Source: Bdellovibrionales bacterium (lineage in GTDB: Bacteria > Bdellovibrionota > Bdellovibrionia > Bdellovibrionales > UBA1609). Taken from it: DNA of 64,000 bases. The stretch is taken from positions 1,664,001 through 1,728,000 of the forward strand of contig CBDCMT010000001.1 of assembly GCA_965219095.1 (NCBI GenBank), in the 5' to 3' direction. Position numbers and translations under genes: made by a program. Positions 1 through 10,441 of the stretch are shown piece after piece; position 1 is the first letter of the stretch, and each line of letters opens with the position of its first letter. The notes beneath the pieces are model-generated. The model worked only from the letters and a program-made list of their open reading frames with translations. It did not search any database and was not told the DNA's origin.

Positions 1-728
1 CGAGCAAAGAAATCATTCGAACGAATCAATTCAGAAGAGATCACACGACAGGTTTCTTTGAGAACATAATCACCTATTGTATGCCCATAATTATCATTGA
101 TAGACTTAAAATGATCCAAATCAAATATGATCAAACAAAAACACATACCTAAACGACGTGCTTTCTTAAACTCTTCAGGAGCTTGAGATGAAAAAGCACC
201 CTTATTGTAAACTTTTGTGAGAGGATCAAACAAACTTTTCCTGAAAGCTTTTGAAGCAGATATGTTCTCAACATTTCCACGCTCTAAAAATTTCAAAATC
301 ACATTGCCAATTTTAATTTGATCATTGTTTTCTAATTTATTTTTTGCAAGAGGTATAAGCCCTTTTCCGTTAATGAATGTTTTATTTGTCGCCTCTAAAT
401 CTTGAATAAAAATATTTTCATCTTCTACAAAAATTTTTGCATGAGATTTACTAACACTAGGCTCTCGTATAAGGATGTGGCTCATAGAAGCACGTCCTAT
501 AATCATCTGATCATTTTGTAAAGACCATTGTTTTCCTATATTTTCTACAGGACCTACAAGTAAAACTAAAGAAGAAGGAACTTTATTAAGTTCTTCCATT
601 TTAATTCCTTGATGAGAAATAATCTGAGTTTGCTCTATAGCACTTTCTGTTTGTGGCTCATCAAATTCATTTTCATCTATTTTTTTCTCCTTCTCTTCAG
701 TAAAAATTTGTTTTTTTCTTTGTTTCAT
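1..728 (-). CDS. dgcB: FHA-GGDEF diguanylate cyclase (DgcB-like), runs off the window edge
   Basis: Hand translation from ATG 728: FHA motifs IIGR..SVSKSHA..DLEATNKTFING, then GGDEF-domain start DPLTKVYNK..FDLDHFKSINDNYGHTIGDYVL..FFAR. Not in the ORF track because it is open at the edge. Confidence 0.85.
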   Translation of the reverse strand, partial: MKQRKKQIFTEEKEKKIDENEFDEPQTESAIEQTQIISHQGIKMEELNKVPSSLVLLVGPVENIGKQWSLQNDQMIIGRASMSHILIREPSVSKSHAKIFVEDENIFIQDLEATNKTFINGKGLIPLAKNKLENNDQIKIGNVILKFLERGNVENISASKAFRKSLFDPLTKVYNKGAFSSQAPEEFKKARRLGMCFCLIIFDLDHFKSINDNYGHTIGDYVLKETCRVISSELIRSNDFFA

Positions 729-758
729 ATTCGTTCCTCTTTACCTTATATTTATATT

Positions 759-1934
759 TTAAAAGATTGAGACATTTTCTTCAACAGAATGATGACCATG
801 CCACTCTTTTAGACATCCTACTGGTCTTTCGGATAAGTCATGATAGGACAATAAAACATACGTTAGTTTAGTTATTTTTCCTAAAGAGTCTAGGTCTAGA
901 GAGGTTAAATCAGTCCAAGTTCCTGTGTTAAAATATTCTTTGTTAGGTTCAATCTGTCTGTGTTTATAGACATGGGTATGTCCAAAAATTATTGTATGAG
1001 CTTTTGTTTCATCTAAGATTCTTTTTGCTGCACTACTTAAATCAGGAAACACAGCACTTTCCAAGAAAACTCTCAAAATTTTTCTAGCGGATAAAAATTT
1101 TGAATCTCCTCTATAGAAGACAAACTTCAATAGATACAAAATCATTGTAAAAAGAGCACTGATTGTAGCAAAGGTGTTATGATAAAGGGACCACCTAAAA
1201 AGACTTTTAAAAGGTCTTACTTTATCAATATTAGGAAAAGTTTTTTTCACTTTCAAAACAAATTCAAGAAAAAAAATCGATCCAAAACAAAGATTTAAAA
1301 CAGGCTCAGGAAGGTTTTTTCTAATAAAGAATTTTTTAGGGTTCATACGATTAGCAGCTTCATACATATGTCCATGTTCAATATGAACACCATCGAAAGA
1401 GTAAACGATGTTTTTATATTGGATGTCATTACCCACAGCTTTATTAAGACATTCTCTTACACCAGGCCAAAGGACCCCCTGGTCATGGTTTCCTACAATA
1501 TATGTAATTTGATTTCCCTTTTTTTGTAAGAATTTTTTTAGAGCTCTAAAAAATACAGGATGACCTTTAATGATTCTTTGAGTTTTTTCGATGGATATAG
1601 ACTCTGTGATCATAGACACAAAGTGGGAGCGATAATCAACTTGTAATAAATTCAAAATGTCACCATTTAGGATCAATTCACAATTATAATTTTCATATTT
1701 GTTTGAAGTATAATAAATGAGAAGCTCAGAGAATTTCTCATCAAAGTAGAACTCTTCAAACATGTTCACATGACCGCCCTCTAAAATACGGCCTAAACCT
1801 AAGTGTAGATCGCTTACAATGAGTTTTATCTTCTTTTTTTTCTTGGATGTTTTTTGAGAAGATTTTTTGAAAATTTGTGTTGCATCACTCAAGGTCCTCT
1901 TCTCCTGAAACTTTTTGGTAACTTGTCTTGTCAT
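759..1934 (-). CDS. Calcineurin-like metallophosphoesterase
   Basis: Motifs SDLHLG, GD, GNHD, HGH, GHTH. Confidence 0.85.
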   Translation of the reverse strand: MTRQVTKKFQEKRTLSDATQIFKKSSQKTSKKKKKIKLIVSDLHLGLGRILEGGHVNMFEEFYFDEKFSELLIYYTSNKYENYNCELILNGDILNLLQVDYRSHFVSMITESISIEKTQRIIKGHPVFFRALKKFLQKKGNQITYIVGNHDQGVLWPGVRECLNKAVGNDIQYKNIVYSFDGVHIEHGHMYEAANRMNPKKFFIRKNLPEPVLNLCFGSIFFLEFVLKVKKTFPNIDKVRPFKSLFRWSLYHNTFATISALFTMILYLLKFVFYRGDSKFLSARKILRVFLESAVFPDLSSAAKRILDETKAHTIIFGHTHVYKHRQIEPNKEYFNTGTWTDLTSLDLDSLGKITKLTYVLLSYHDLSERPVGCLKEWHGHHSVEENVSIF

Positions 1935-3198
1935 TCTGATTCGTAGGGGATTTGTAATCTTCTTCTTTTAGGTCTGAGGCCTTTTCATTTTGAGTCACTT
2001 TATCATCAATTAATTCTAAATGTCCCTTCCCATGACCACTACCTTCAATCATAGCTAAAGAAAGTTTTAAAGCTTTTTTTATTTTTAAAACTAAAGAAGT
2101 CTTTTGAAGAATCTTTTCATTGAATTCTTTGGCTTGTAATCGGAAATTATTCATCTCAATTTCATTGTTCTCAACCTTCTTTTTCAATTCTAAAATAATA
2201 TCATTTTTATCTCTCAAAAGGGCTTCCTTTTCTCTTTTAGAAATTTCGAGAAGATTCTCAAGTTCTCTTTCTCTTATACGTATTTTTTGAACACTAAAAC
2301 TTACTCTCATGTTCATTTCTGAGTTTTTAAGATTTAAGTCCTCAATAATTTTATCTTTTTCTATAATAGAGCTTTTAAGTAGCTGCCTTTCTTTTTCTGC
2401 AATTACCTCTGAGCTTTCTAACTTCTCTTTCAGCTCTTGGTGAGAAGAAAGAAGTTTAGAGTTTCTTCGTTTAAGAGTCTCTCCTGCGGTGATAAGCTTT
2501 TCAATATTGATACGTAAATTCTGAACTTCATCTTCTAAATCAGAAATACGTCTTTGAGCTATACTAAGATTTTCTGATTGAATCAGAATAGGGTCTATTT
2601 GGGCTTTACTTTGATTGGGTTTTCTAGGATCTTCAAAATCATTATTTAAGCCACTTTCTATATGAAGGTCGGACTTTTTTTTATTAAGCAGATGAGTCTG
2701 ATCTATATTTTTTTCTAACACAGAGGATATTTTTTTTGTGTTCTGATGCTCTAAATCACTTAACTCAACTACCTTATGGTTTTTTTCTGAAAGTTCTTGT
2801 TCTAAAGAAAACTTTTCTTTAAGAGAATCATCTACTGCTTTTTGTTTATTTTTCAGAAAGACCTCTCCGGGAAATTCCTCTTTTTTATGAGAATCATTTT
2901 CTTGTTCTAGTTTATGTTTTTCATCTAAACCACTGATCTCACCCTGGATATCCTGGATATTCTGTTCTCCCTCTACCTTAAGCTCTTGAAGACTTTCGAA
3001 GTCTTTATTTTGTTTTAAATTCAAATTTTCAACTGAGAGTTCTCTGTCTTCTAGTTCGACTTGATCAGGAAATTCAAGCTGGAATAAGGAATCTTCCTCA
3101 AGAATACTCTGAGCTTTAGGAACGTCTTTTCCTTCTTTCTGTGAAGCCAAAAGTTGGGACTCCTCTTCTAAAAAGGTCTTATCTTTTTTATCACTCAT
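1885..3198 (-). CDS. Hypothetical protein with acidic N-half and long coiled coil
   Basis: 443-aa ORF; second ATG at 3198 preferred because a sigma28-like promoter covers 3207-3234. Confidence 0.7.
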   Translation of the reverse strand: MSDKKDKTFLEEESQLLASQKEGKDVPKAQSILEEDSLFQLEFPDQVELEDRELSVENLNLKQNKDFESLQELKVEGEQNIQDIQGEISGLDEKHKLEQENDSHKKEEFPGEVFLKNKQKAVDDSLKEKFSLEQELSEKNHKVVELSDLEHQNTKKISSVLEKNIDQTHLLNKKKSDLHIESGLNNDFEDPRKPNQSKAQIDPILIQSENLSIAQRRISDLEDEVQNLRINIEKLITAGETLKRRNSKLLSSHQELKEKLESSEVIAEKERQLLKSSIIEKDKIIEDLNLKNSEMNMRVSFSVQKIRIRERELENLLEISKREKEALLRDKNDIILELKKKVENNEIEMNNFRLQAKEFNEKILQKTSLVLKIKKALKLSLAMIEGSGHGKGHLELIDDKVTQNEKASDLKEEDYKSPTNQNDKTSYQKVSGEEDLE

Positions 3199-3206
3199 CA
3201 AAAACC

Positions 3207-3234
3207 TTATCGTCATTTTGATTTAAATTCTTAA
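3207..3234 (-). promoter_or_regulatory. sigma28 (FliA)-like promoter
   Basis: TTAAG-N15-GACGATAA just upstream of ATG 3198. Confidence 0.65.
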
Positions 3235-3374
3235 AAGAAGAGCCAATCCTTTAGTCTAGTTCAGTTTAATTTTTTTGCTTAGGAATGCAACTTTTTGAAG
3301 AAATTCTGTACTCTCTTGTTTTCTACAATCTGAATTGAAATAGAACCATTTTTTCTTGGAATCTTTTTTACAAA

Positions 3375-3536
3375 CATATTTAAATGTTAAAAGAAATTTC
3401 CAGCCCTGAAAAGACCTCAAAAAAAGATTTCTGACACTACAAATGCACTTTCTGGAAAAATACCACCCAACTCTGTTCTAAACATAGCTCGCACACTTTT
3501 ATGAAGTTTTAGTAGTGGAAAACGCTGAAGTCGGGA
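3375..3536. repeat. 162-bp direct repeat, copy 1 (probable IS end remnant)
   Basis: Near-identical to 7436-7597; both end at GCTGAAGTCGGGA. Confidence 0.8.
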
Positions 3537-3733
3537 CGTGCAACAAAGCCCTTTTATACTGTCAATTTCATCATCTTGAAATTCTGTGTCAGAAAGAACT
3601 TTTTGAGCCGTAAACTGTCTGTCATCTTCTATATCTGCAAAAGAAGCCGGACAAAGGACTCAATTTTTTATGATAAGGCTCGGTTTTGTTTTTTTCTTCT
3701 TTTTTAGAGTTTTTTACCACTCATCCATCATTT

Positions 3734-3982
3734 TTAATTCACAGGTTCCTCTAAAATGGTTTTCTCAGCTTTAAATTGATTTGCTAGCTTTTGAGCTTTT
3801 AAAATTTGCGAGGAAGTCATTTTATCTTCTAGATCATGTAGCCATCTTCCTAAAATCGCTTCTAATTCGCCATGTGCTTGAGCTTTTGAGAAAATAAACC
3901 ATATATAAGCTATGGTGTAATCCTTTAAAACGCCTTTTCCCTCATAATACATCACACCAAGTTTATATTGAGCTTTTACATC
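3734..3982 (-). pseudogene. Sel1-repeat protein, 5'-truncated by IS66
   Basis: AQYKLGVMYYEGKGVLKDYTIAYIWF Sel1 motif; frame is cut at the IS66 end at 3983. Confidence 0.8.
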
Positions 3983-5901
3983 GTAAGTCGGTTTTTTAAC
4001 AGCCCTTGACTTCTACTGAGGAGGATATTTCTTAGATTTTAAAGGAGAAGTTTTTATTGATCTTGTTGTAAAACGGTGTTGTAAGACGTTTTCCTAAGGC
4101 CTTCCCCGTTACAAAAGTATTAGAGAAGTTCTTAAAAGAATAATTCTTAGTTTTTTTTCGTAATTTTGATTTTTTTTGTGCTTTATTCTTTAAGAACGAA
4201 GCTCACTTGTATACTCAAAAGGCGTTTTAATAAGCATCTTATCGAGGGAGTTTCCCACAACCATTAAAATATAGTCCTTAGGATCTAATTCCACCTTCTT
4301 ACAACTTTCCACAATACTGTAAAGTACTGATGCTGTTTCAGCTCCTCTCTGAGTCCTTGACCCATGAAAGTTCTTTCTTCCCATCACAGAATGTCGAATC
4401 GTTCTTTCTGCTTCATTGTTTGTCATAGGAATTTTCTCATTTTCTAAGAATAAATTTAAGCCATCCCAGTGATTAAAGCTATAATCAATAGCCTTTTTTA
4501 ACCCACTCTCAGGACGAGCTTCTCCATAAAGTTTATAATACAGATCTTGCAGAGAAAGAACTAAATCCTTTGATTCTGTTTGTCTTAAACTTTTGAGCTC
4601 TTCATAAGTTTTTGCCTTTGATTCAACTTTAAAAATCTCCTCCATAAGCTTTAATACTTTTCCACACTCCTCAGGGTAATTCTGTTCTATGTCAATAAAC
4701 TTTCTTATCACTGAGACCAACAAAAAGCAAGATCAATTCCCTTTTCACCCTTAAAATGTGTTTTATAACTAACGTATCCATCTGTTAAAATAGGCCCCTT
4801 ATAACCCGAGTTTCGACTTTTTTCAGGGCTAAAGGCTAGCTGATATCAACAAACACCTCAGACCTTTGTAAGATTTTCTTGAAGAAGCAACTTACAAGGA
4901 AAAACACCTTGAGAGTTGCAAAAAACATACAAGGAGGTCTAAGATGTTTAATTCTAATTATATCATATCAATTTATGTTCTTGTCGATGATTTTTTAACC
5001 CCTCTCATACAGCAGCATCCAGAACTAGTTTCCAAAAATAAAAGAGGTTTTTCTTGTGCTATGTCTCCCAGCGAAATTGTCACTCTTTATCTTACTTTTC
5101 CAAAGTTCTGGCTTTAGGAATTTTAAAGCCTTTTACCAGTTTGCAAAAGTCTATCTTAAATCTTATTTTCCTAAAATGTTGTCTTACTCCCGATTTGTGA
5201 ACATCAAAAAAGACATGGCTTTTTTGATGTTTCTTTTCTCGACAAGCCTTATGAGTAAAACCACCGGCATATCATTTATTGATTCCACATCGATTTTTCT
5301 TCAAAAATAAAAGAATAGGACGAAATAAAGTGTTCTAAAAGTTAGCTAAAAAGAGGCAAAAGTAGTATGGGCTGGTTCTTCGGATTTAAACTCCATATTG
5401 TTATCAATCACCTCGGAGAACTTTTAAGTTTTACCTTAACTCAGGGAAATGTAGATGATCGAAAGCCTGTTATAGGTTTGTGTAAAGGGCTGGTGGGGAA
5501 ACTCTTTGGAGACAAAGGTTATATTTCATCAGACCTTTTCAAAAAGCTTTTAAAAAAGGGAGTTAAGCTTATTACAAACGTCAAATTAAATATGAAGAAT
5601 AAATTGATTCCCTTATTTGACAAGTTGATGTTGAAAAAACGTTCTGTTGTGGAAACAGTGATTGGAGTGTTAAAAGGAGAGTTTCATCTTGAGCATTCTC
5701 GCCATCGTAGCCCACAAAACTTTGTCATCAATCTTTTAGGTACTCTCATCTCCTATTGTTTAAAACCTAAAAAACCCTCCATTCAACTTAAAACTCAAGA
5801 ACAGGGGCCTCTGAGCAATATATAAAAGTCGAAACTCGGGTTTATAAGACCCCAAGAGTTCTTTAACAGAACAAGCTGAACGGCTCTCACTAAAGTAATA
5901 A
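3983..5901 (-). mobile_element. IS66 type A (tnpABC type), 3' fragment interrupted by IS982
   Basis: GTAAGTCGG end; TnpC C-terminus 4190-4723 (TNNEAERTIR, SIVESCK); sequence resumes at 5842-5901 matching about 50987-51046. Confidence 0.9.
4804..5841 (+). mobile_element. IS982-family element with frameshifted transposase (about 4943-5825)
   Basis: TIRs ACCCGAGTTTCGACTTTT / AAAAGTCGAAACTCGGGT, TTATA duplication, motifs GWFFGFKLH, GDKGYIS, EHSRHRS. Confidence 0.92.
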
Positions 5902-7435
5902 GTAACTGCTCACCTACATTGTTCAGTTATCCCTAACTTTAGACCTGTTTTTAAGATAAAAGTCTTGCTCTTACAGATTTTCTTTTAAATACTCTTTTCA
6001 AATGACAATAAATAAGACCTCCATCAGAAATGAGATTGAAAATATAAGAAGTGACTTTGATAAGTTTGCAAAGAAAGGTTCTGTGCCTACTGAGATTTCT
6101 GTGATTGTTGAATCTCTCTTTAAGGTTGTGAACATTCTGATTGTTGTGCTTTTAGAAAAACAGGTTCGAAAAAATTCCAGCAACAGCGGTCTTCCTCCTT
6201 CGCAAGATTTTAGTCGTCAAGGGAATCGTAATAAGAAAGCTAGTGGGAGTCAGAAAAAGGGCTCTAGACTTGATAACAGTAAAGATACAAACAGTGAGGA
6301 GACTGTCTTTCCCTCAGAGTGTTCTCAGTGTGGGATGTGTTTAAAGACAGCAGAGGTAAAAAGCCTTGAGAAGCGTAAAAAGATTGATATTTTTTATGAA
6401 ATTCAGACCCATACTGTAACTTCTGAAGTTAAGGATTGTCCCTCATGTGGAGCTAGAAATAAAGGTCAATTCCCTAAAGGTATGAGTGGTCCTCTTCAGT
6501 ATGGTATAGGCATTAGAGCTTCCATCATCAATTTCATTATAGTTCAGATGCTGTCTTTTAGAGCGTGTTGGGGAACATTACATGGGGCTTATAGGTCGAA
6601 TGATTTCTCCTGCAGTTATGTTGAGATACATTGCTGAATTAGGAGAGTTTCTTAAAAGTTGGGAAGAGCAGATGAAAGAAAAGATACTTGAATCAGAGGT
6701 CATTCATGTTGATGAGACCTCTATGAGGGTTAAGGGTAAAAACTACTGGATTCATACTTATAGTTCAGGAGAATTAGTCTTGCAGTTTCTCCACCTTTCA
6801 GGTGGAAGGGAAGCCATAAAAGATATTGGTCTCTTGGATAGATATGGAGGAGTGCTTGTGCATGATTGTTGGAGTCCTTACTTTTGTTATGATAAGATAA
6901 CTCATGCTTTGTGTGTGGCTCACCTTTTGAGAGAGCTTAAATTTATAGAAGAAAGCAATGGATTCAAATGGGCTACAAATCTCAAAAAACTTCTTAAAGA
7001 GACTGTGGAGTTAGTTCATAAAAAAGAGTCAAGAGTTCTGACTCAAAAAGAGTACGAAACTCTTCAGAGAAGGTATAGGAGTATTCTTACAAAAGGCTTA
7101 AAAGAGCTTCCAGAATTTCCTAAGAAAAATGGCAAGAAAGGACGAATAAAGCATACACAAGCTCAGAACCTTTGGCTGCGATTTAAAAAGTATGAAGCAG
7201 AAATACTGTGTTTTGCTAAAAGAAAGAACGTAGATCCTACTAATAACAGAGCTGAAAGAGATCTAAGAATGACTAAAGTGAAAAAGAAAGTGTCAGGGTG
7301 TTTCAGAACAGAAGAAATGGCGAAATATTTTTGTCGCATTACCAGCTATGTTAAAACAATGAGAAATAAAGGGTATTCTTCTTTAGAAGCCATCTCTATG
7401 GCTTTAAATAAAAACTTACGAGAGTGAGCAGTTAC
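5902..7435 (+). mobile_element. IS66 type B (ISBst12-like, single-ORF type), copy 1
   Basis: TIRs GTAACTGCTCAC / GTGAGCAGTTAC; ORFs 6002-6637 and 6582-7427 with Zn finger, HVDET, CVAHLLREL, TNNRAERDLR. Confidence 0.93.
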
Positions 7436-7597
7436 CATATTTAAATGTTAAAAGAAATTTCCAGCCTTGAAAAGACCTCAAAAAAAGATTTCTGACACTA
7501 CAAATGCACTGTCTGGAAAAATACCCCCCAACTCTGTTCTAAACATAGCTCGCACACTTTTATGAAGTTTTAGTAGTGGAAAACGCTGAAGTCGGGA
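7436..7597. repeat. 162-bp direct repeat, copy 2
   Basis: Matches 3375-3536; abuts the IS66 end. Confidence 0.8.
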
Positions 7598-7649
7598 AAA
7601 AAAGTCCACTATTCGACTCATACTACATTGTCTTCTATCTAAACTGAAA

Positions 7650-7680
7650 ATTGACTGTCCGCAGAAACAGGGGAAGTTCA
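7650..7680. mobile_element. IS3-family terminal repeat remnant
   Basis: Reverse complement TGAACTTCCCCTGTTTCTGCGGACAG resembles IS3-type TG ends. Confidence 0.5.
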
Positions 7681-7785
7681 CCCTGGCCTATCAATAATTC
7701 GCAGCAAAAAGATGGCTATATGTTTGTTATAAGTCATCAGGGAGGAAGTTTTTATTATTTGTTTCATTAAGATTTTGAAAAAAAT

Positions 7786-9048
7786 TCAAAAAGTGACAAA
7801 TTTTGTCAAACAATTCTTCAATTTTTTTCTTGGCATACTTTTTTTTAAAGTATCAAAGTAAGTTGAGATTGTTTTTTCCAGTATGATATGAGGCTCAAAA
7901 AAATGATTGATTTTTTTGTGGGCCTTCTCTCCTATTTCAACAGAATCGATTTTCTTATTGAAAATAGAAAAGATAAGCTCTTCTAAGAAAGCTTTATCGA
8001 AGGGGCGAATAAGAAAGCCTTCTGTTTGATTTTCCACAATTGTGGAGATAGGTCCTGTTTCTGAACCAATGATCACTTTTTTTTGACTCATAGCCTCTAG
8101 AAGGCTTGGTTCAAAACCTGAAGTACGAGCACTTAAGTCAATAAAAATATCACAAAGAGAAATGTAAGCTGTTACATCCATATGAGAAACAGGACCTACC
8201 ACAATGACTTTGTTTCCTAAGACTAAGTCATAAATTTTTCTTTCAATTTCTCGAGATAAAGGGGCTGTTCCTACTAAGATCATTCTTGAGGAAGGTTTTT
8301 TAATGACTACTTTTTGAAAGGCTTTTAAAATAGGAAAGACCTCTTCTTTTACCGTCATATCTGTTACTGTTGCTATAATTTGTTGATCATAAGACAGTTT
8401 AAAACTCTTCATCAATTCATTTTTTTTCTTTCCCGAAGGCTCTACAATTTCTATACCATAAGGTAAAATATAAGTATTCCAATCAGGGTAAAGATAATAG
8501 CGCTCAAAAATATTTTTTTCTCTAGGATTTGTAACAATCAAAGCATCCGACATTTTAAGAAGTTTGCGATCCTTTCTATAATAATTTGTAATGAACTTAT
8601 AAAGAACAGAAAGCCCTGTTTTAATTTCGCCATTAAAAGTGCTACGACTCATGCTTATAATAGAGTAAAGCTGAGAAACCTCTGTTGAGCGAGCATCTAA
8701 AATAACACAAAACGGATACTTCTTTTTTAGTTTAGCTACAAAGCGGGCTTTTTTACAGACTATATAAAGAATATGAAAAGGTTTTTTTTCATAGACCTCC
8801 ACTAATTGCTTTCTAAAAGCGACTTCCAAACGACGGCCCATACCCTTTACAAAGTGAACTTTCAAATTATCTTCTTGAAGAGAAGTTTCGTTATAAGAAG
8901 AGCTTTGTCCTGAAACCACTGTAATTTTATGACCCTTTCGAGCTAATCCTCTTGCTACAGGAATTAAAAAACCATGTTTTGAAGCCCTTCCTGAAATAGA
9001 AAATCTATCCACAAGAAAACATACATGTAATTTATCTTTTACGTCCAT
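7786..9048 (-). CDS. Glycosyltransferase family 4
   Basis: GT-B C-terminal motif GFEPSLLEAMSQKKVIIGS. Confidence 0.85.
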   Translation of the reverse strand: MDVKDKLHVCFLVDRFSISGRASKHGFLIPVARGLARKGHKITVVSGQSSSYNETSLQEDNLKVHFVKGMGRRLEVAFRKQLVEVYEKKPFHILYIVCKKARFVAKLKKKYPFCVILDARSTEVSQLYSIISMSRSTFNGEIKTGLSVLYKFITNYYRKDRKLLKMSDALIVTNPREKNIFERYYLYPDWNTYILPYGIEIVEPSGKKKNELMKSFKLSYDQQIIATVTDMTVKEEVFPILKAFQKVVIKKPSSRMILVGTAPLSREIERKIYDLVLGNKVIVVGPVSHMDVTAYISLCDIFIDLSARTSGFEPSLLEAMSQKKVIIGSETGPISTIVENQTEGFLIRPFDKAFLEELIFSIFNKKIDSVEIGEKAHKKINHFFEPHIILEKTISTYFDTLKKSMPRKKLKNCLTKFVTF

Positions 9049-9458
9049 TATTTAAAAATTTTCCTTTCTAATTCCTTTAAAATAAACTTATTTGTGTCAG
9101 GAATATCCATAGTTTTTAAGTCGTTCATACTTACCCATTTAAGTTCATAATGATGTTGAGGCCTAGGACTACCATCCCATTTTAAAACTTCATAGAACAA
9201 AAGCAGGATACATTTATTATAACTTACTTCCTTTGTCACATTCAATAAAGGAGAACCCACTTTAGCCTTAACATCTAGCTCTTCATAAAGCTCTCTTTCA
9301 AGACTTGCTATCGGATTTTCTCCTGTTTCTATTTTTCCTCCAGGAAACTCCCATAGTCCTGGCAAAGTTCCTGTAATAGGTCTCTGTCCTACTAAAAGCT
9401 TTTCATTTTTCTTCATAAGGCCTATTACAACAGGAATCCATATCGTTCTCATGCACAC
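9048..9458 (-). CDS. NUDIX hydrolase, MutT-like
   Basis: WEFPGGKIETGENPIASLERELYEEL Nudix box. Confidence 0.9.
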   Translation of the reverse strand: MCMRTIWIPVVIGLMKKNEKLLVGQRPITGTLPGLWEFPGGKIETGENPIASLERELYEELDVKAKVGSPLLNVTKEVSYNKCILLLFYEVLKWDGSPRPQHHYELKWVSMNDLKTMDIPDTNKFILKELERKIFK

Positions 9459-10441
9459 ACTCTTTTCTTTAGTTGTCTTATAGCTTTTTTAAAGAAAAAA
9501 GGTCCTTCAAACACAAGGGCTGAATACACTTGTATCAAATCGGCTCCTAAAGACAGTCTCTCTAATACATCTTCAACTGTCAAAACACCACCTGAGGACA
9601 CAATAAGTTTTTCTTTCTTTTTTTCTCCTAAATGCTCTACAGACCATTTTAAAGACTGTTTTGCTTTTTCTGCAAGGGGTTTACCTGAAATTCCACCACC
9701 TTCGATCTTAAATCCAAGCTCTTTTTTTATTTCATCAGAAGACACTGTGGTATTGGTAAGAATCCAACCATCAAGCTTAAGACTAGAGTCCAGTATTTCT
9801 TTAAGTTTTTCGTGTGTAATATCAGGACTCACCTTTAATAAGATTGTTTTTCCAGAAGACTTTGTTTCTTGCAAAATTTTATCTAAAAAAACCTCTAAAA
9901 ATTCAGGCTCTAAAAGTTTTCTTAAATCATAAGTGTTAGGGCTTGAAAGATTCAAAACAAAACCTTGTACAAAAGGATTTAATTTTTGCATGCAATGAAC
10001 ATAGTCTTTATAGGCGTCTTTTAGAGGAGTTTTTCTATTTTTTCCTATGTTAGCCCATAAAGGAACTTGCAAACACAGTTTTTCTAGTCTTTTTATAATA
10101 AGGTCGACTCCCTCAGAAGGAAAACCCATACGATTCCAAAGAGCTTTTTGAGACCTATTACGTTCTATATAGGGAAAGCTGAATAGGGTTTGAGCTTCTT
10201 TTGTAATAGTTCCCACCTCTAAAAAACCAGCTCCTAAAACTTCCCAAGCCTTAAGACAATTGCCTTTCTTATCAATTCCTCCCGCAATTCCTAAAGGATG
10301 ACAAAAAAAATCTTCTCCCTTAGAAAAGCTTTTCCAACAAGGAGTCTTTTTTTTATAGAGTAAAGAAGTTTTTAAGAGGTTAAGAAAAAAAGGGGCTGTC
10401 TTATGGGCTAAGTGAGGAGGGAGCCACAAGCCTAAATTCAA
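9449..10441 (-). CDS. pyrD: Dihydroorotate dehydrogenase (quinone, class 2)
   Basis: GIAGGIDK, NRMGF, NIGKN, NLSSPNT, KVSPD, GGISGKP. Confidence 0.92.
   Translation of the reverse strand: MNLGLWLPPHLAHKTAPFFLNLLKTSLLYKKKTPCWKSFSKGEDFFCHPLGIAGGIDKKGNCLKAWEVLGAGFLEVGTITKEAQTLFSFPYIERNRSQKALWNRMGFPSEGVDLIIKRLEKLCLQVPLWANIGKNRKTPLKDAYKDYVHCMQKLNPFVQGFVLNLSSPNTYDLRKLLEPEFLEVFLDKILQETKSSGKTILLKVSPDITHEKLKEILDSSLKLDGWILTNTTVSSDEIKKELGFKIEGGGISGKPLAEKAKQSLKWSVEHLGEKKKEKLIVSSGGVLTVEDVLERLSLGADLIQVYSALVFEGPFFFKKAIRQLKKRVCA

Noticed and set aside
3375..3700. Group II intron or ISAs1 fragment
   Set aside because: No domain V or RT motif; similarity of FADIEDDRQ to ISAs1 is too weak.
5998..6183. Repeated 61-aa ORF (also 25624, 48891)
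   Set aside because: Antisense shadow of the IS66 transposase.
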